In this document: one piece after another, positions 36,219 to 47,826 of the stretch
How positions within the stretch are numbered: position 1 is the first letter of the stretch
How the letters are laid out: each line of letters opens with the position of its first letter
DNA from: Octopus bimaculoides
Lineage: Eukaryota
DNA length: 52,259 nucleotides
Assembly: GCF_001194135.2 (NCBI RefSeq)
Contig: NC_068984.1
Coordinates: 93,893,101 to 93,945,359, forward strand
Direction of reading: 5' to 3'
Made by a program: the position numbers and the translations under genes
Notes under the pieces: generated by a model
What the model saw: only the letters and a program-made list of their open reading frames with translations
Database searches by the model: none
Told to the model about the DNA's origin: nothing

Positions 36219-37479
36219 NNNNNNNNNNNNNNNNNNNNNNNNNNNNNNNNNNNNNNNNNNNNNNNNNNNNNNNNNNNNNNNNNNNNNNNNNNNNNNNNNN
36301 NNNNNNNNNNNNNNNNNNNNNNNNNNNNNNNNNNNNNNNNNNNNNNNNNNNNNNNNNNNNNNNNNNNNNNNNNNNNNNNNNNNNNNNNNNNNNNNNNNNN
36401 NNNNNNNNNNNNNNNNNNNNNNNNNNNNNNNNNNNNNNNNNNNNNNNNNNNNNNNNNNNNNNNNNNNNNNNNNNNNNNNNNNNNNNNNNNNNNNNNNNNN
36501 NNNNNNNNNNNNNNNNNNNNNNNNNNNNNNNNNNNNNNNNNNNNNNNNNNNNNNNNNNNNNNNNNNNNNNNNNNNNNNNNNNNNNNNNNNNNNNNNNNNN
36601 NNNNNNNNNNNNNNNNNNNNNNNNNNNNNNNNNNNNNNNNNNNNNNNNNNNNNNNNNNNNNNNNNNNNNNNNNNNNNNNNNNNNNNNNNNNNNNNNNNNN
36701 NNNNNNNNNNNNNNNNNNNNNNNNNNNNNNNNNNNNNNNNNNNNNNNNNNNNNNNNNNNNNNNNNNNNNNNNNNNNNNNNNNNNNNNNNNNNNNNNNNNN
36801 NNNNNNNNNNNNNNNNNNNNNNNNNNNNNNNNNNNNNNNNNNNNNNNNNNNNNNNNNNNNNNNNNNNNNNNNNNNNNNNNNNNNNNNNNNNNNNNNNNNN
36901 NNNNNNNNNNNNNNNNNNNNNNNNNNNNNNNNNNNNNNNNNNNNNNNNNNNNNNNNNNNNNNNNNNNNNNNNNNNNNNNNNNNNNNNNNNNNNNNNNNNN
37001 NNNNNNNNNNNNNNNNNNNNNNNNNNNNNNNNNNNNNNNNNNNNNNNNNNNNNNNNNNNNNNNNNNNNNNNNNNNNNNNNNNNNNNNNNNNNNNNNNNNN
37101 NNNNNNAAAATCTCAAAGATTAACAAAACACCATAAAGAATTTGTCTGATGCTCCTCATTTTTCAATATAATATAATTTATGCTTAGTTTTTAATGTTTC
37201 CTGTTGATGTTAAAACTAGCTTAACTATTACATTTCTTTTAATAAGATTGTCATCTCTAAGATTATTTGTAACAAAAGAGCTAATATTCTCCCTTTATTA
37301 CATGTAAATGATTATTTTGTACATCTAGTTTTATCAGTTCTGATAATCTCTTAATTATAATTTGATATTCAAGATATAGGAAATATTTTAAGGTTTATAA
37401 CTCAGGGAAAGTTGAGCTTGCAAAAAAAAAAAAAAAAATTATTAATTAGAAAGATAATAATTGTGAAAAGAAAACATAC

Positions 37480-37614
37480 TTGTACAATTGATCAGTTCAT
37501 CAAATAAATGCAATGGAAAAAGAGGTTCCCGTAGTTCTCTAAAATACAGTTTGAGCACACCAGCCACAGAGTTAATGTCACTAGCATCCACCATATCTAT
37601 CAGGGGATCTTCAC
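37480..37614 (-). CDS. srGAP: srGAP RhoGAP exon: (G)EDPLIDMVDASDINSVAGVLKLYFRELREPLFPLHLFDELINCT(R)
   Basis: 135-bp exon bounded by CAATGCAG and GTATGT. Contains the conserved SVAGVLKLYFR.L..PLFP RhoGAP motif. Lies within track ORF 37442..37705. Confidence 0.97.
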
Positions 37615-38105
37615 CTGCATTGAAAGAGATGATACTCATGAATAGCAAATTAGATTTGAACAGGTTTAATAGTAAAAAATGTACAATGGCTATTACCCAT
37701 TCCACAACTGTTTGATTAAAAAGCAGTTTTATGACACAGTTTTGTTTAAAAATTGAAGTCAGATATTAATAAATATGAACTGATTTTAAATTATAAATCC
37801 AAGTGAAATAATTGTTGTACAGGAAGCAACTATATTTAAAGCACATACACAATGCAAATACATATATATGCATACATATCACCATTATCATTGTCATTTA
37901 ATGTCCATCTTTCATATGTTGTATTGTTCAAAAGGATACAGCAGATGACTTGCAAAAGATCATGAAGTACAGCATTAATCAAATTGTTCTACAGAAACTT
38001 GGTGCCCTGAATGTAAGTGCTCAATACCTATATCATTTAATAATTGAAAAATTAGAATGTATAAGCATGGGGCATATACTGGATTGCCTCGTGCATATAT
38101 GTTTA

Positions 38106-38193
38106 ATCTAGGTGTACCTGCTGAAGAAAACTTCGCCTAGCAAATTATTTTATTTGCTAAAATAAGTTTGAAACCATGGTCCAGGAGATAGAT
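38106..38193 (+). ncRNA. Type I hammerhead ribozyme motif, structurally complete
   Basis: Stem I CCTG(38117-20)/CAGG(38182-85) plus distal ATCTA/TAGAT. Core CTGAAGA 38121-27. Stem II AAACTT/AAGTTT enclosing an 8-bp hairpin TAGCAAAT/ATTTGCTA. GAAA 38170-73. Palindromic stem III ACCATGGT. GUC triplet with predicted cleavage after 38181. Confidence 0.8.
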
Positions 38194-38430
38194 GGTAAAT
38201 GTTTTTATTTTTCATTCCCTTCGAAGTTTTATCCCTAATAGTGGTTTGGAATTTAGCTGTTCTTTCTAGCATGCAAGGAGTCCTATGATGGATGTCTCTT
38301 ATGTGTTTAAATGTATACTGTATTTATATAAATAATATATAGTCTATTGACGAAATTTTTTTTACACGCTAGGCCACTGGTAGTAGAAATTTCTAATATT
38401 TCTTATTACTCTTGATATTATTATCATTTA

Positions 38431-38506
<76 letters not shown>

Positions 38507-38819
38507 CTGTTTTTCATACTTGTCTGAGTTGGACAGTTCTACTGGATCTGGGAAGTCAGAGTTTTGCACCAAGCTCTATTGTCTGCTTTGGCTTGGTTTT
38601 CTATGGCTGGAAGCCCTTCCTCATGCCAATGACTTTACAAAGTACACAGGATGCTTTTTACATAGCATCACCATTATGGAATGGGGGTCACCGAGTAACT
38701 TGCAGAACAAAACCCTTTTGACTGGGAAGAGCAGTTGTATTGGGGGCTTTGAGCCAGTTGATGAGAGGCTAAAGCATAATAGAGGGATAGAGATAGGTGT
38801 CTTGCAGTAGAGGTGATAC

Positions 38820-39290
38820 ATGGCTACTCCAGTTGGAAAAGAAAAGAGAGACTTAGAGAGAAAGGTAGACAAATGAGGGGGAAGTTTCAAAAGAGTATGA
38901 AGAGAGATGGTTGGAGATAGTATAGAGATGACTGTAGCAGTGATGGTGAGCAATATAGGAGTAGCTCAGAGAGTTTATGGTAGAAATGTGAGGGCAATGA
39001 AAGTGATAGAAGATAAGAGAGGTGCTAATGATGGAGTATAATAGAGGAGAAACAAAGCAATGGGTGAAGGCACAGAAAGAAGGTAATGGTGGAAATAGTT
39101 AGCAGGGTAGATAATGAGAGATGGAAGTAACATAAAGGGAGGGGATGTAGTATGGGCTTATGCTGTTCTTAGGGGATTACAGCATCAGAGTAGTACCATA
39201 GATAGAGAAATGATTAGTGTTAGGGGAGAAGGTGTAGGGGGAATGCTTGACACAACAGAGAGAGTAGACATCATCAGGGTCCTACATGTA
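38820..39290 (-). mobile_element. CR1/L2-type LINE fragment
   Basis: Purine-rich plus strand with decayed minus-strand ORF (track 38621..38953), similar in style to 32620-34350. Confidence 0.4.
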
Positions 39291-39329
39291 CAAGCATAAC
39301 GAAGGTGATTTTAGGATATCGTTTCTGCT

Positions 39330-40270
39330 GTGGTGGACAGGTTTTCTTGAGCACAGCAAAACACCAATCATCTTGGTCCTTTGACATCTGCTCCATAAGG
39401 CTCAGTATCTTGAAATCGACCTTCAATACTTTATCCCATGTCTTTCTCAAGATCCATCCACTTTAAGCAGTTAGTATATCTTTTTTCCTGTTTTTGGCAT
39501 AGGTCAGTTTATGCCAGAGCTTTGTGGGTCATCTTTTAAGGTGGATTTCTAGGTTTCTTTTGGCCTATCCTTTGGTCCCTTCCCACTAGCTGGTAATCGT
39601 GTCATTGCATTTCTTGCAGAGATATTGTTCCCCATGCACTGGACATGCCCTGCCAGCTGCATACCTCTACCCTTCTATTCAGTTATGTGATATTGGCTCT
39701 TCAATACATCTCGTTTGTGATTATGTTTTGTCATTTAATGCTCAGGATTTTTCAGATGTGTCTTTGTTGGAAAGTATTAATCTGTTTTCCAATTCTGGTA
39801 ATACTCTTCTATGTGTCAACAACATAGGTTATTGTTGAGATAACAGTTAACCAGAGTAACCTTAATTTGGTTTGTAGTGTGAGCCTCTTTGATTGACATA
39901 TTGATTGGAGTTTGTTGAATATTCCAACACCTTTGGCTACTTTTTGTTTTATGTAAGTTTTAGTATTGGCATCTGCTGTTTGAACACTACCTAGATATGT
40001 GAAATGTTGAACAACTTCTATCTTTTCCTCATTGATTGAGACTTCATGTATTTCATTGCAGGCAACTTACTATATTTTTGTTTTTGATATATTTACTCTC
40101 AAGCCAATCTTTTCAGCTGTTTCATCCAGGGTATTTGTCATAGTCTGCATTTTTGTGCAGTTGTTAGCAAGAAGAGCTAAGTCATCAGCAAAGTCTAAAT
40201 CTGCCAGATTCATTCTTCTCCATTTTAAGCCATGTTCACAGGTATCTAAGGACTTCCCAGAATATCATCC
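39330..40270 (-). mobile_element. Degenerate RTE-type LINE (RT C-terminal region)
   Basis: Minus strand gives DLDFADDLALL-like RT motif at about 40170-40210, VEVVQHFTYLGS at about 39990-40025, and TLQTKLRLL. Confidence 0.75.
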
Positions 40271-40299
40271 AAGATTATCAAGAAAAAGAATGGGAATAG

Positions 40300-40353
<54 letters not shown>

Positions 40354-40769
40354 TGTGTCATTCAGTTATTAGGATTCATTAAGACTCAAAGCATATCAAC
40401 ATGTAAGACACCAAATATTGGCTAGGTATAATTAAATACAGCTAACAGTTTAATAATACATTATAAACATCAAATGGTGACCATATACTGTAGTTATGTA
40501 AACACCAGATCCAATTAATAACCACAATTCCACTCACTAGAGGATTTTTGGTGTAGTATTAATATAAAATAGTGACACACAAATTGCATCTAAATTAGCA
40601 ACAGTTGTTTTGGTAGAACTTTATTCAATGTTGTCATAAAAAAAATTACATATTATTATGCAATTCCACCATCATCAGGTTTAAGTAAATCTAAAATGGT
40701 CAGCCAATGATATAGCTTACTTATATCGGGAGCATAGGTGATTTAAGAACATGACATTTTAGAGTTTTT

Positions 40770-41870
40770 TAATTATTTTTATGCCATTCATATTTCAGAA
40801 AATAATAATGGTAGACACTCAGCTTCCTTAAGAAATGAAGAGGCATGCTGTAATTGTGGCCTTAAAGGCTGAGCACAGAGATTTAGAGATAGCCCAGTTT
40901 TTAAAAGTTGCCAGATCTTGTCTACAAAGTTCACAAGGAGAGAAGCCTCAGATGGAAAAGTATCACCAGTATCATAATGCAAAAAGCATTCCCAATGCAC
41001 TAATACAATCAGAACACCCAAATTTATTCAACAAGTTTGACAGATCATTGACAGAAATCCCAGAAAATCCATGAGGTCTCTTGCAAAAGATTTCAAAGTG
41101 TTAGAAATGTCTGTAAAGACATCTGGTACAAGTCTGATGTGATGAGGAGAGATCAGCTTATGTCAGAAAAAACAAGGGAAAACCATTTGATCAGATCTAA
41201 AAGGCAATTAAACAAAGTTAAAAACCCAGAAGAACATGACATCATTTACTTTTTCTCAGATGAGAAAAACTTTGACAAGGACCAGAAGATTAACAGAAAA
41301 AAATGACAGATGTTTATGTTCAGACCTTTCTGAAGTTCCAACAGTCGTGCACACAAAACATCCTACAACTGTCAGGGTTTCTGGAACCGTAAATAATGAA
41401 GGACATGTGATGTCTCCTAACTACTTTCCACAAGGACTTAGAGTTAACTCTGCTGGTTACATTGAGGTTCTGGAAACAACTGTCAAGCCCTGGATAGATA
41501 CAGTATGCAACAGAGGGCCGGCCATACAACAGAAGGCAGGACTGTACGCCATCATATAAGGCTCAAGCAAACCAAGAATGGATGGTATGACCACATAACC
41601 CTTAACTTTTGGCCTCCAAACTCACCATATCTCAATTCATTGGACTACTATGTGTGGAGCATTGGTTGAGAGAGAGGTCAACCAACATCTCCATAACACC
41701 AAGGATTCTTTGAAAGTTGCCAGTCAGAGTAATATCCAATATGAACTAGGACCGTTTAATTTGAGCATATAGATGATTCAGATCTCACATAGAAGCAGTT
41801 ATTGATGCTGAAGATGGCTACATTGAATAAGATTATAAAGAAGATAATCTACCTTAAATGTACAAACTTT
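40770..41870 (+). mobile_element. Tc1/mariner DD37D (maT-like) transposon relic
   Basis: MKRHAVIVALKAEHRDLEIAQFLKVARS (ORF 40835), FSDEKNF at about 41251, QDCTPSYKA at about 41537, and WPPNSPYLNSLDYYVW at about 41609-41657. Exact D-D spacing is obscured by frameshifts. Confidence 0.85.
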
Positions 41871-41904
41871 TTCATTAATAAAGTTGTTTTCTGTTATTAT
41901 ATAT

Positions 41905-42872
41905 ATATATGACCAAGTCAGTAGCAGAGGTGGATCCTCTGTGAGTGTAGGTTGAGCAAAGTTCAGAAAGATCCTACCTCTGTTGGTAACTAAGGGCCTC
42001 TCCCTGAGGGTGAAAGGCAGATCATATGATGCCTGTGTGCAAACAGTCATGCTACACAGCAGTAGGACATGGGTTGTGACTGCTGAGAACATGCATAGGC
42101 TTGAAAGAAGTGAAGCGGGTATGCTTGGCTGGGATGTGCAATGTCAGTATGCATGAACAACAGCATGTAAGTGTCATGAGGCATCAGATGTGGTGTGCAA
42201 GAGAGATGACTGTGTTGGTATGGTCATGTGATGTGTATGGATGTGGACAGCTGTGTAAAGAGGTACCAATCTCTAACAGTAGGGGGTAGCTGTGGAAGAG
42301 GGAGACTTAAGAAGACATGGAATGAAGTGGTGGAGCATGATCTTCGAACTTTGGGCTTCACAGAAGCAAAGACTAATGACCGAGACATTTGGTGATATGC
42401 CATGCTTGAGAAGACCCATCATGCCAAGTGAAATCATAGTTGTGGATGTTGTCGGTATCACGTAACTGGCACCCATGCTAGTGGCACATAAAAAACACTT
42501 TTCAAGTATTGGGCATCATGGTGGTAATGAGGCGACGCCAGTGTTACAGAACTAACACATGTGCTGGTGGAATGTAAAAAGCACCTTTTCTGCATTGGGC
42601 CTCATAGAGGCAATGACAAAAGACCGAAACCTTTAGCAATATGCTGTGCTTGAGAAAAAGACCCATCAAGACAAGTGAAATCATAATCATGGCAGATACT
42701 GGTGTCACACAAAAGCACCCATTACACTCTCAGGGTAGTTGGTGTTAGGAGCGGCATCCAGTCGTAGAAACCATGCCAAATCAGACTGGAGTCTGGCGTA
42801 GCTTACCAGCCCTGGTCAGACTGTCTAACCTATGTCAGCATGGAAATTAGACATTAAATGATGATAATGAGA
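41905..42872 (+). mobile_element. 5'-truncated RTE LINE (C-terminal ORF plus 3' UTR)
   Basis: YDACVQTVMLHSSRTW and GRLKKTW-like text, followed by the shared RTE 3' tail ending ATGATGATAATGA. Confidence 0.85.
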
Positions 42873-43320
42873 TATATATACATACACAGACACACACAAA
42901 CACACATATATGTACACACATGTCACTGTCGTCATTTTAACACCTTCTTTTCCATGCATAAGATTACAAAATCAGTCACAGATAAGAATAAATTCTATTC
43001 AGTTCTTTTCCATGCATGAATTAGTTACAGGAGACTATGTTGAAACTATAGCCAGATACATTTTCCGACACCAACACTCACCTGTTTCCAAACAAGGGAA
43101 TAATTCCCCAGTCTTCCTCTGTGTAACCATGTCCAAGCAAACAGCTTGGACATAGTTACACAGAGGATGATAAACAAATGACATTGTGTGGCTTTTATTT
43201 ACAATCAACAGACACAAATGTGAGATAAGGGGAAAATATGAATTCACACACACACGATGGGCTTCTTAAGTTTCTATCCACCAATTTCACTCACAAAGCA
43301 TTGGTTATGCTGTGGCTATA

Positions 43321-44095
43321 GGGCTTTCCTATAAGTAGGTTATCTCCCTTGGCTAGACGGCGCTCCATGTAGATAATTAAACTTCCGGAGGCTAACCCAC
43401 GCCATTGTTATTGTTTTACGTCTTATCATGAATATAAAGCAGCTTGATGATTCAGCTATCGAAGTACTTACTGTGCCTGAGTTAAAGAAATATTTAAGAT
43501 TATATGGACAGTATGTTACTGAAAGAAAGGCGGACTTGATTGAAAGGTTGAAAGGTATAAAAATTCTGTCGATATGTCAACAAAGTAAATTCATCGGACG
43601 ATAAGTCTGAAGTATCGGACGATACTTCAGACAGGAATAAGCAGAAGCTTATATCTCCTCTCGGTGAAGTATTGCCTGATCTAAAGATCTTTGTAAGTTG
43701 CCGAATTTCACAGATAATGACATAATTACCTCGTGCTACGGATGAAANNNNNNNNNNNNNNNNNNNNNNNNNNNNNNNNNNNNNNNNNNNNNNNNNNNNN
43801 NNNNNNNNNNNNNNNGGAGTGGCATATTTTACCACGACAGACACGTACACAGCATCGAATACCACGATGTGAGTGAAAGCTGCTCTCACTGTATTGTCCA
43901 GTGTCTGGTAATCCCTTCGATACCGACATCAAACCAAAAAAAGAATCCTGACCACAGAGTGTGGGTAATTATGTCAAATGTCACTGGCAATGTGCATTCA
44001 GCTGATTGCAACTGTTAAAGCAAGTCACTGAGCATGCGTACATGTCATACGGGAGAGTTCCAATCAGGGGTGGATAACACCTTATAGGAAAGCCC
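43321..44095 (+). mobile_element. Internally deleted TIR transposon encoding SAP and SWIM-type Zn-finger remnants (ISL2EU/PHIS- or Kolobok-like), inserted into a SINE
   Basis: Perfect 15-bp TIRs GGGCTTTCCTATAAG and CTTATAGGAAAGCCC flanked by TATA. ORF 43428-43604 contains LTVPELKKYLRLYGQYVTERKADLIERL. 43818-44018 ends VWVIMSNVTGNVHSADCNC*. Confidence 0.85.
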
Positions 44096-44269
44096 TATAG
44101 TACAGGACACTTGTCAAGAGTGTTCATGCAGTGGGACTGAACCTCTTACTTGGTTCTGAAGCAAACTTCTTAACCACAAAATTATGCCTGAACATGCCTG
44201 TCTGTTCGTCGGTCTGTCTCTATACACACGTGTCTCTGACCACTATCACTTTGGGTTAAATTCATGGAA

Positions 44270-44533
44270 CTTGATACATATCTTTTTCAGTGCGGGTGGC
44301 ACATAAAAGACACCATTTCGAGCGTGGCCGTTTTCGTGCGGGTGACACGTAAAAGCACCCATTACACTCTCTGAGTGGTTGGCGTTAGAAAGGGCATCCA
44401 GCTGTAGAAACTCTGCCAAATCAGACTGGAGCCTGGTGTTGCCATCCGGTTTCACCAGTCCTCAGTCAAATCGTCCAACCCATGCTAGCATGGAAAGCGG
44501 ACGTTAAACGATGATGATGATGATGATGATGAT
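44270..44533 (+). mobile_element. Young-looking RTE 3' tail copy with long (GAT)n
   Basis: CpG-rich version of the tail shared with 22262, 25570 and 42480, ending in (GAT)8. Confidence 0.85.
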
Positions 44534-45329
44534 CTGTGGAAACTTGACAACTCTCCCAGCTTCTCTTAGCAGTATTTCATACTTATAAATACTGTGAATT
44601 TTTAATTTTTATTCCAGTTCCAACTTTGCTTAGAAGTGATGACGCAGCTGTTGTGTCATAAATTGTGCAACAGGTTTTTTGAAATGTGTTGCTGAAATAT
44701 GCCCATTGAAATGATTTAACTATCATGTTGTTTTCCTTGTTTTTCTGTGGCACACACACACACACACACATTGTTGGGGTGAATTGGATTGAATGCATTG
44801 ACGTATTTACTCTGACTCTGAAATGAAGCCCCAACCCAGATCAGTTTTGCATTTTTTCCATTTGCAAAAAAAAAAAAAAGTACCAATCGAGGGCAGAAGA
44901 TTAGTGGAACTGTAAGAATGTTGGACCTGATGCCTTGTGGCATTTATTCCAGCTCTCTGCATTCTGAGGTAAATTTCATTTGTATGCCACAAAGACATCT
45001 GTGGCAACCTATAAGCCTACAAGTACAGGTGGAGGCAAGAAAGGGGTTTCTGCAATTGGAAATACATGCTGTGGTGAATGAATAATGAATATAGGCTAAG
45101 AATAAGCAAACTCTACAACATATATTGAGTAATTTTACTTCAGCTAATATGTGCATATGTTTCTGAATAAACAAAAACCCATTTGGAGATTACTAGCGAA
45201 TGAAAAAGTACTCAGCACATATAGTACAGTTTATTAATTTGAGACTGATGATTCACAATGTTGCTGCTCAGAGTTTCTCATTAAAAGATAAATTTTTACT
45301 TCATGAAGGATCACACACAACAAAAAACT

Positions 45330-45630
45330 CTGAATTCATACACACTGAAACACTCCACCTACAAACCTATGGAAAGACAGTCATTTCTCTCTACTACTAC
45401 TATAATGACCTCTACTGGTTGGGATCATACCCATTCAGGTATACCATCTCACTCATCTCCCCTTCTCTCATCAACCTTGTTGTATCCATCCCCACCCAGG
45501 CCCCACACTAATCAATAAACCTAGTTCCTTCTACTTAGCATACCAACCCTCTGGAATTCCCTCCCAGCTTATCTTTTCTGCATGATGTTGACATACACAA
45601 GATCTAAAGGAACATTACTGGCATCACCTA
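45330..45630 (+). mobile_element. CR1/L2-type LINE C-terminal fragment
   Basis: SLLYYYYN...LWNSLP-like (CTCTGGAATTCCCTCCCA) C-terminal signature. Confidence 0.5.
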
Positions 45631-46000
45631 CATCTATCTCAGAGGGTCAGCAAAGATCATGACCTAATAAGTTACTTTTAATGTTATATTTTAATTTAAA
45701 TGATTTCAATCATTTTCAAACAAGGAATTACAAAATCAGTCACAGATAAGAATAAATTCTATTCAGTTCTTTCATCATCCAGCCAATTATAAAATCATTT
45801 TGCAGTTTTTGGCATGTTATCACAACTGCAAAGTCATAGGTTTACGGCTTTCTGCATGTATTCTTTAGTGCAGACATTTTATGGTTAAATGTCTTTCTTG
45901 AGAACTAATTGTAAATAATAAAGCAGAATTATTTTCCAATTCAGGAAACTGAATTAAAAAACTAATATACTTTCCCTTCAAAACCCCAATAGCAGCAGTT

Positions 46001-47262
46001 TATGAGGATCAGCTGAAAAGTACATAGGCTGACCAAGATACTCTCATGGAATGTCACTATAGTTCCCCTTGCAGACCACATACTTCTTCCATTGGTGTTG
46101 CAATGCTAGGATCCCATAGGTGAAGAATCTTTCATCTTGTTGATAAAAAATGTTATCAACAGCAATAACATCATCACCACTACCATACTGGTTCACAACC
46201 AAATGTTTTTTTTTATGTTGAGGAACAGATGATATTCATATGGGACTAAATCAGGGGAACAGGGAAGCCGATCAACCAAATTCAAAGCCACAGTCATGCA
46301 CAGCAGCCATTGAAACCATGGACTTGTGTGCTGGAGTATTGTCCTGATGAAACAAGACTCCCTTCATCAGTCTTCCTGGACGTTTGCTCTTGATAACCTT
46401 TTGTAACTGCCTCAGCAAGTTGGCTCAGAACTTTCCATTTGATGGTCAATAAACACGATGCTCTTTACATCCCAAAATATCGTGGCCATCATCTTCCCTG
46501 CAAATGAAACGAACTTGGCCTTCTTTGGAGCAGGCGAGAGGAGGGGTGTTTCCACTGCATGGATTATCTCTTTGTTTCTGGTTCAAAGTGATGAACCCAA
46601 CACTTATCCTGGTTTAGGAAATTTTCTAGGAAACCAGTTGGGTCTGCCTCAAACAATGTCATACTTCCTCATGATGTGATCACTCTAGTGTGCTTTTGAT
46701 CAGGTGTGAAAAAGATCTTGCACTCATCGAGCAGGAACCTTCATCATGTCAAGTTTATTAAGTGGAATATTCTCAACTCTCTCACAGGATATGCTAATAG
46801 TATTGGCTATTTCATTTATAGTCAACTGCTTGCCATCCAGCACCATGAGGTGAACATGATCAATGTTTTCCTCAGTGGTGGCAGCTGCAGGGCACCCAGA
46901 TCATGGATCATTTTCAAGACTTTCCTTTCCTCTCCTAAATTCAGCTGCCCACTTTTGCACTATTGAGAAAGCTGGAGCTTTATCTCCTAATGTAGCAATC
47001 ATGTCAGCATGCATGTCCTTGGAGGTTGAACCCTTTTTCTGCAGATAGTTAATAACACCATGATGCTAAATTTTGTCTAATTTCAAGAGAAGTCACTACT
47101 AGTTACTTTTGAAGTCTTCTTTGAGCAGTCAGATGTCAGATTACTTAGAAAGAAACAATGCTGTTATTAATAAAGAGAGTTGAAAATAATGCACGTAAGA
47201 TTTCGTAGCTCTGGCATCATTCCTTCATAGTCAGCCTATGAACTTTTCAACCCACTCTTGCA
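46001..47262 (-). mobile_element. Full-length-sized mariner (DD34D) relic with both TIRs
   Basis: TIRs 46001-46032 and 47231-47262 share GAAAAGT(A/T)CATAGGCTGA. The minus strand reads NQDKCWVHHFEPETKR*SMQWKHPSSPAPKKAK and AGKMMATIFWD. Confidence 0.9.
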
Positions 47263-47390
47263 CACATAAGAAAAACCAATTAACATATTTTCATTTGAAA
47301 TGAACTAAAGGAGTGTTTTTAAGGAAAGTTACCTGGGAGCTAGTAAAAATTGTCAAATATTTCAACTCATAAAATCACATAAGATCTTAC

Positions 47391-47468
47391 CTTTTTCAAA
47401 ACTACTTTTAAATTCGTTGATTTCAACTTGAGAGCCAGATACTCTGAATATACCCTGATGATGAATGC
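47391..47468 (-). CDS. srGAP: srGAP RhoGAP exon with arginine finger: (G)IHHQGIFRVSGSQVEINEFKSSFEK(G)
   Basis: 78-bp phase-1/phase-1 exon bounded by TATTATTCAG and GTAAGA. The GIFRVSGSQVE motif with catalytic Arg is diagnostic of srGAP/ARHGAP4. Confidence 0.97.
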
Positions 47469-47826
47469 CTGAATAATACAAATTATAAATAAAAAAAGTG
47501 ATTTCATACCATAGCAAAAGATCAGAAACTAATAGCGGTGGGAGATTGTTGTATAAATGACTCCAGCATATTACTGCTATTTAATTTATCCGTCCCAGTG
47601 AGAGCTGAACTTAAAATGTAACATGATTAAGACTATAACTGCAGTTAATCCACCACATTGGAAAGAATAGAAATATTACAAATAAAATAAATAAATGACA
47701 AAACAAATCAATATGATATAACATGCACAAATTCTCTTGGTGCTGTCAAAAGAAAAAAACAAACAGATAAAAGAACAAAAGTTCTGATGATTCTTTAAAA
47801 TAATTTGACAGTATATTAAGGCAAAC

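Noticed and set aside
44441-44467. Minus-strand CTGAGGA-CTGGT-GAAAC-CGGAT in the RTE tail resembles an HHR core
   Set aside because: No stem II can form and there is no GUH triplet, and other tail copies do not keep the motif.
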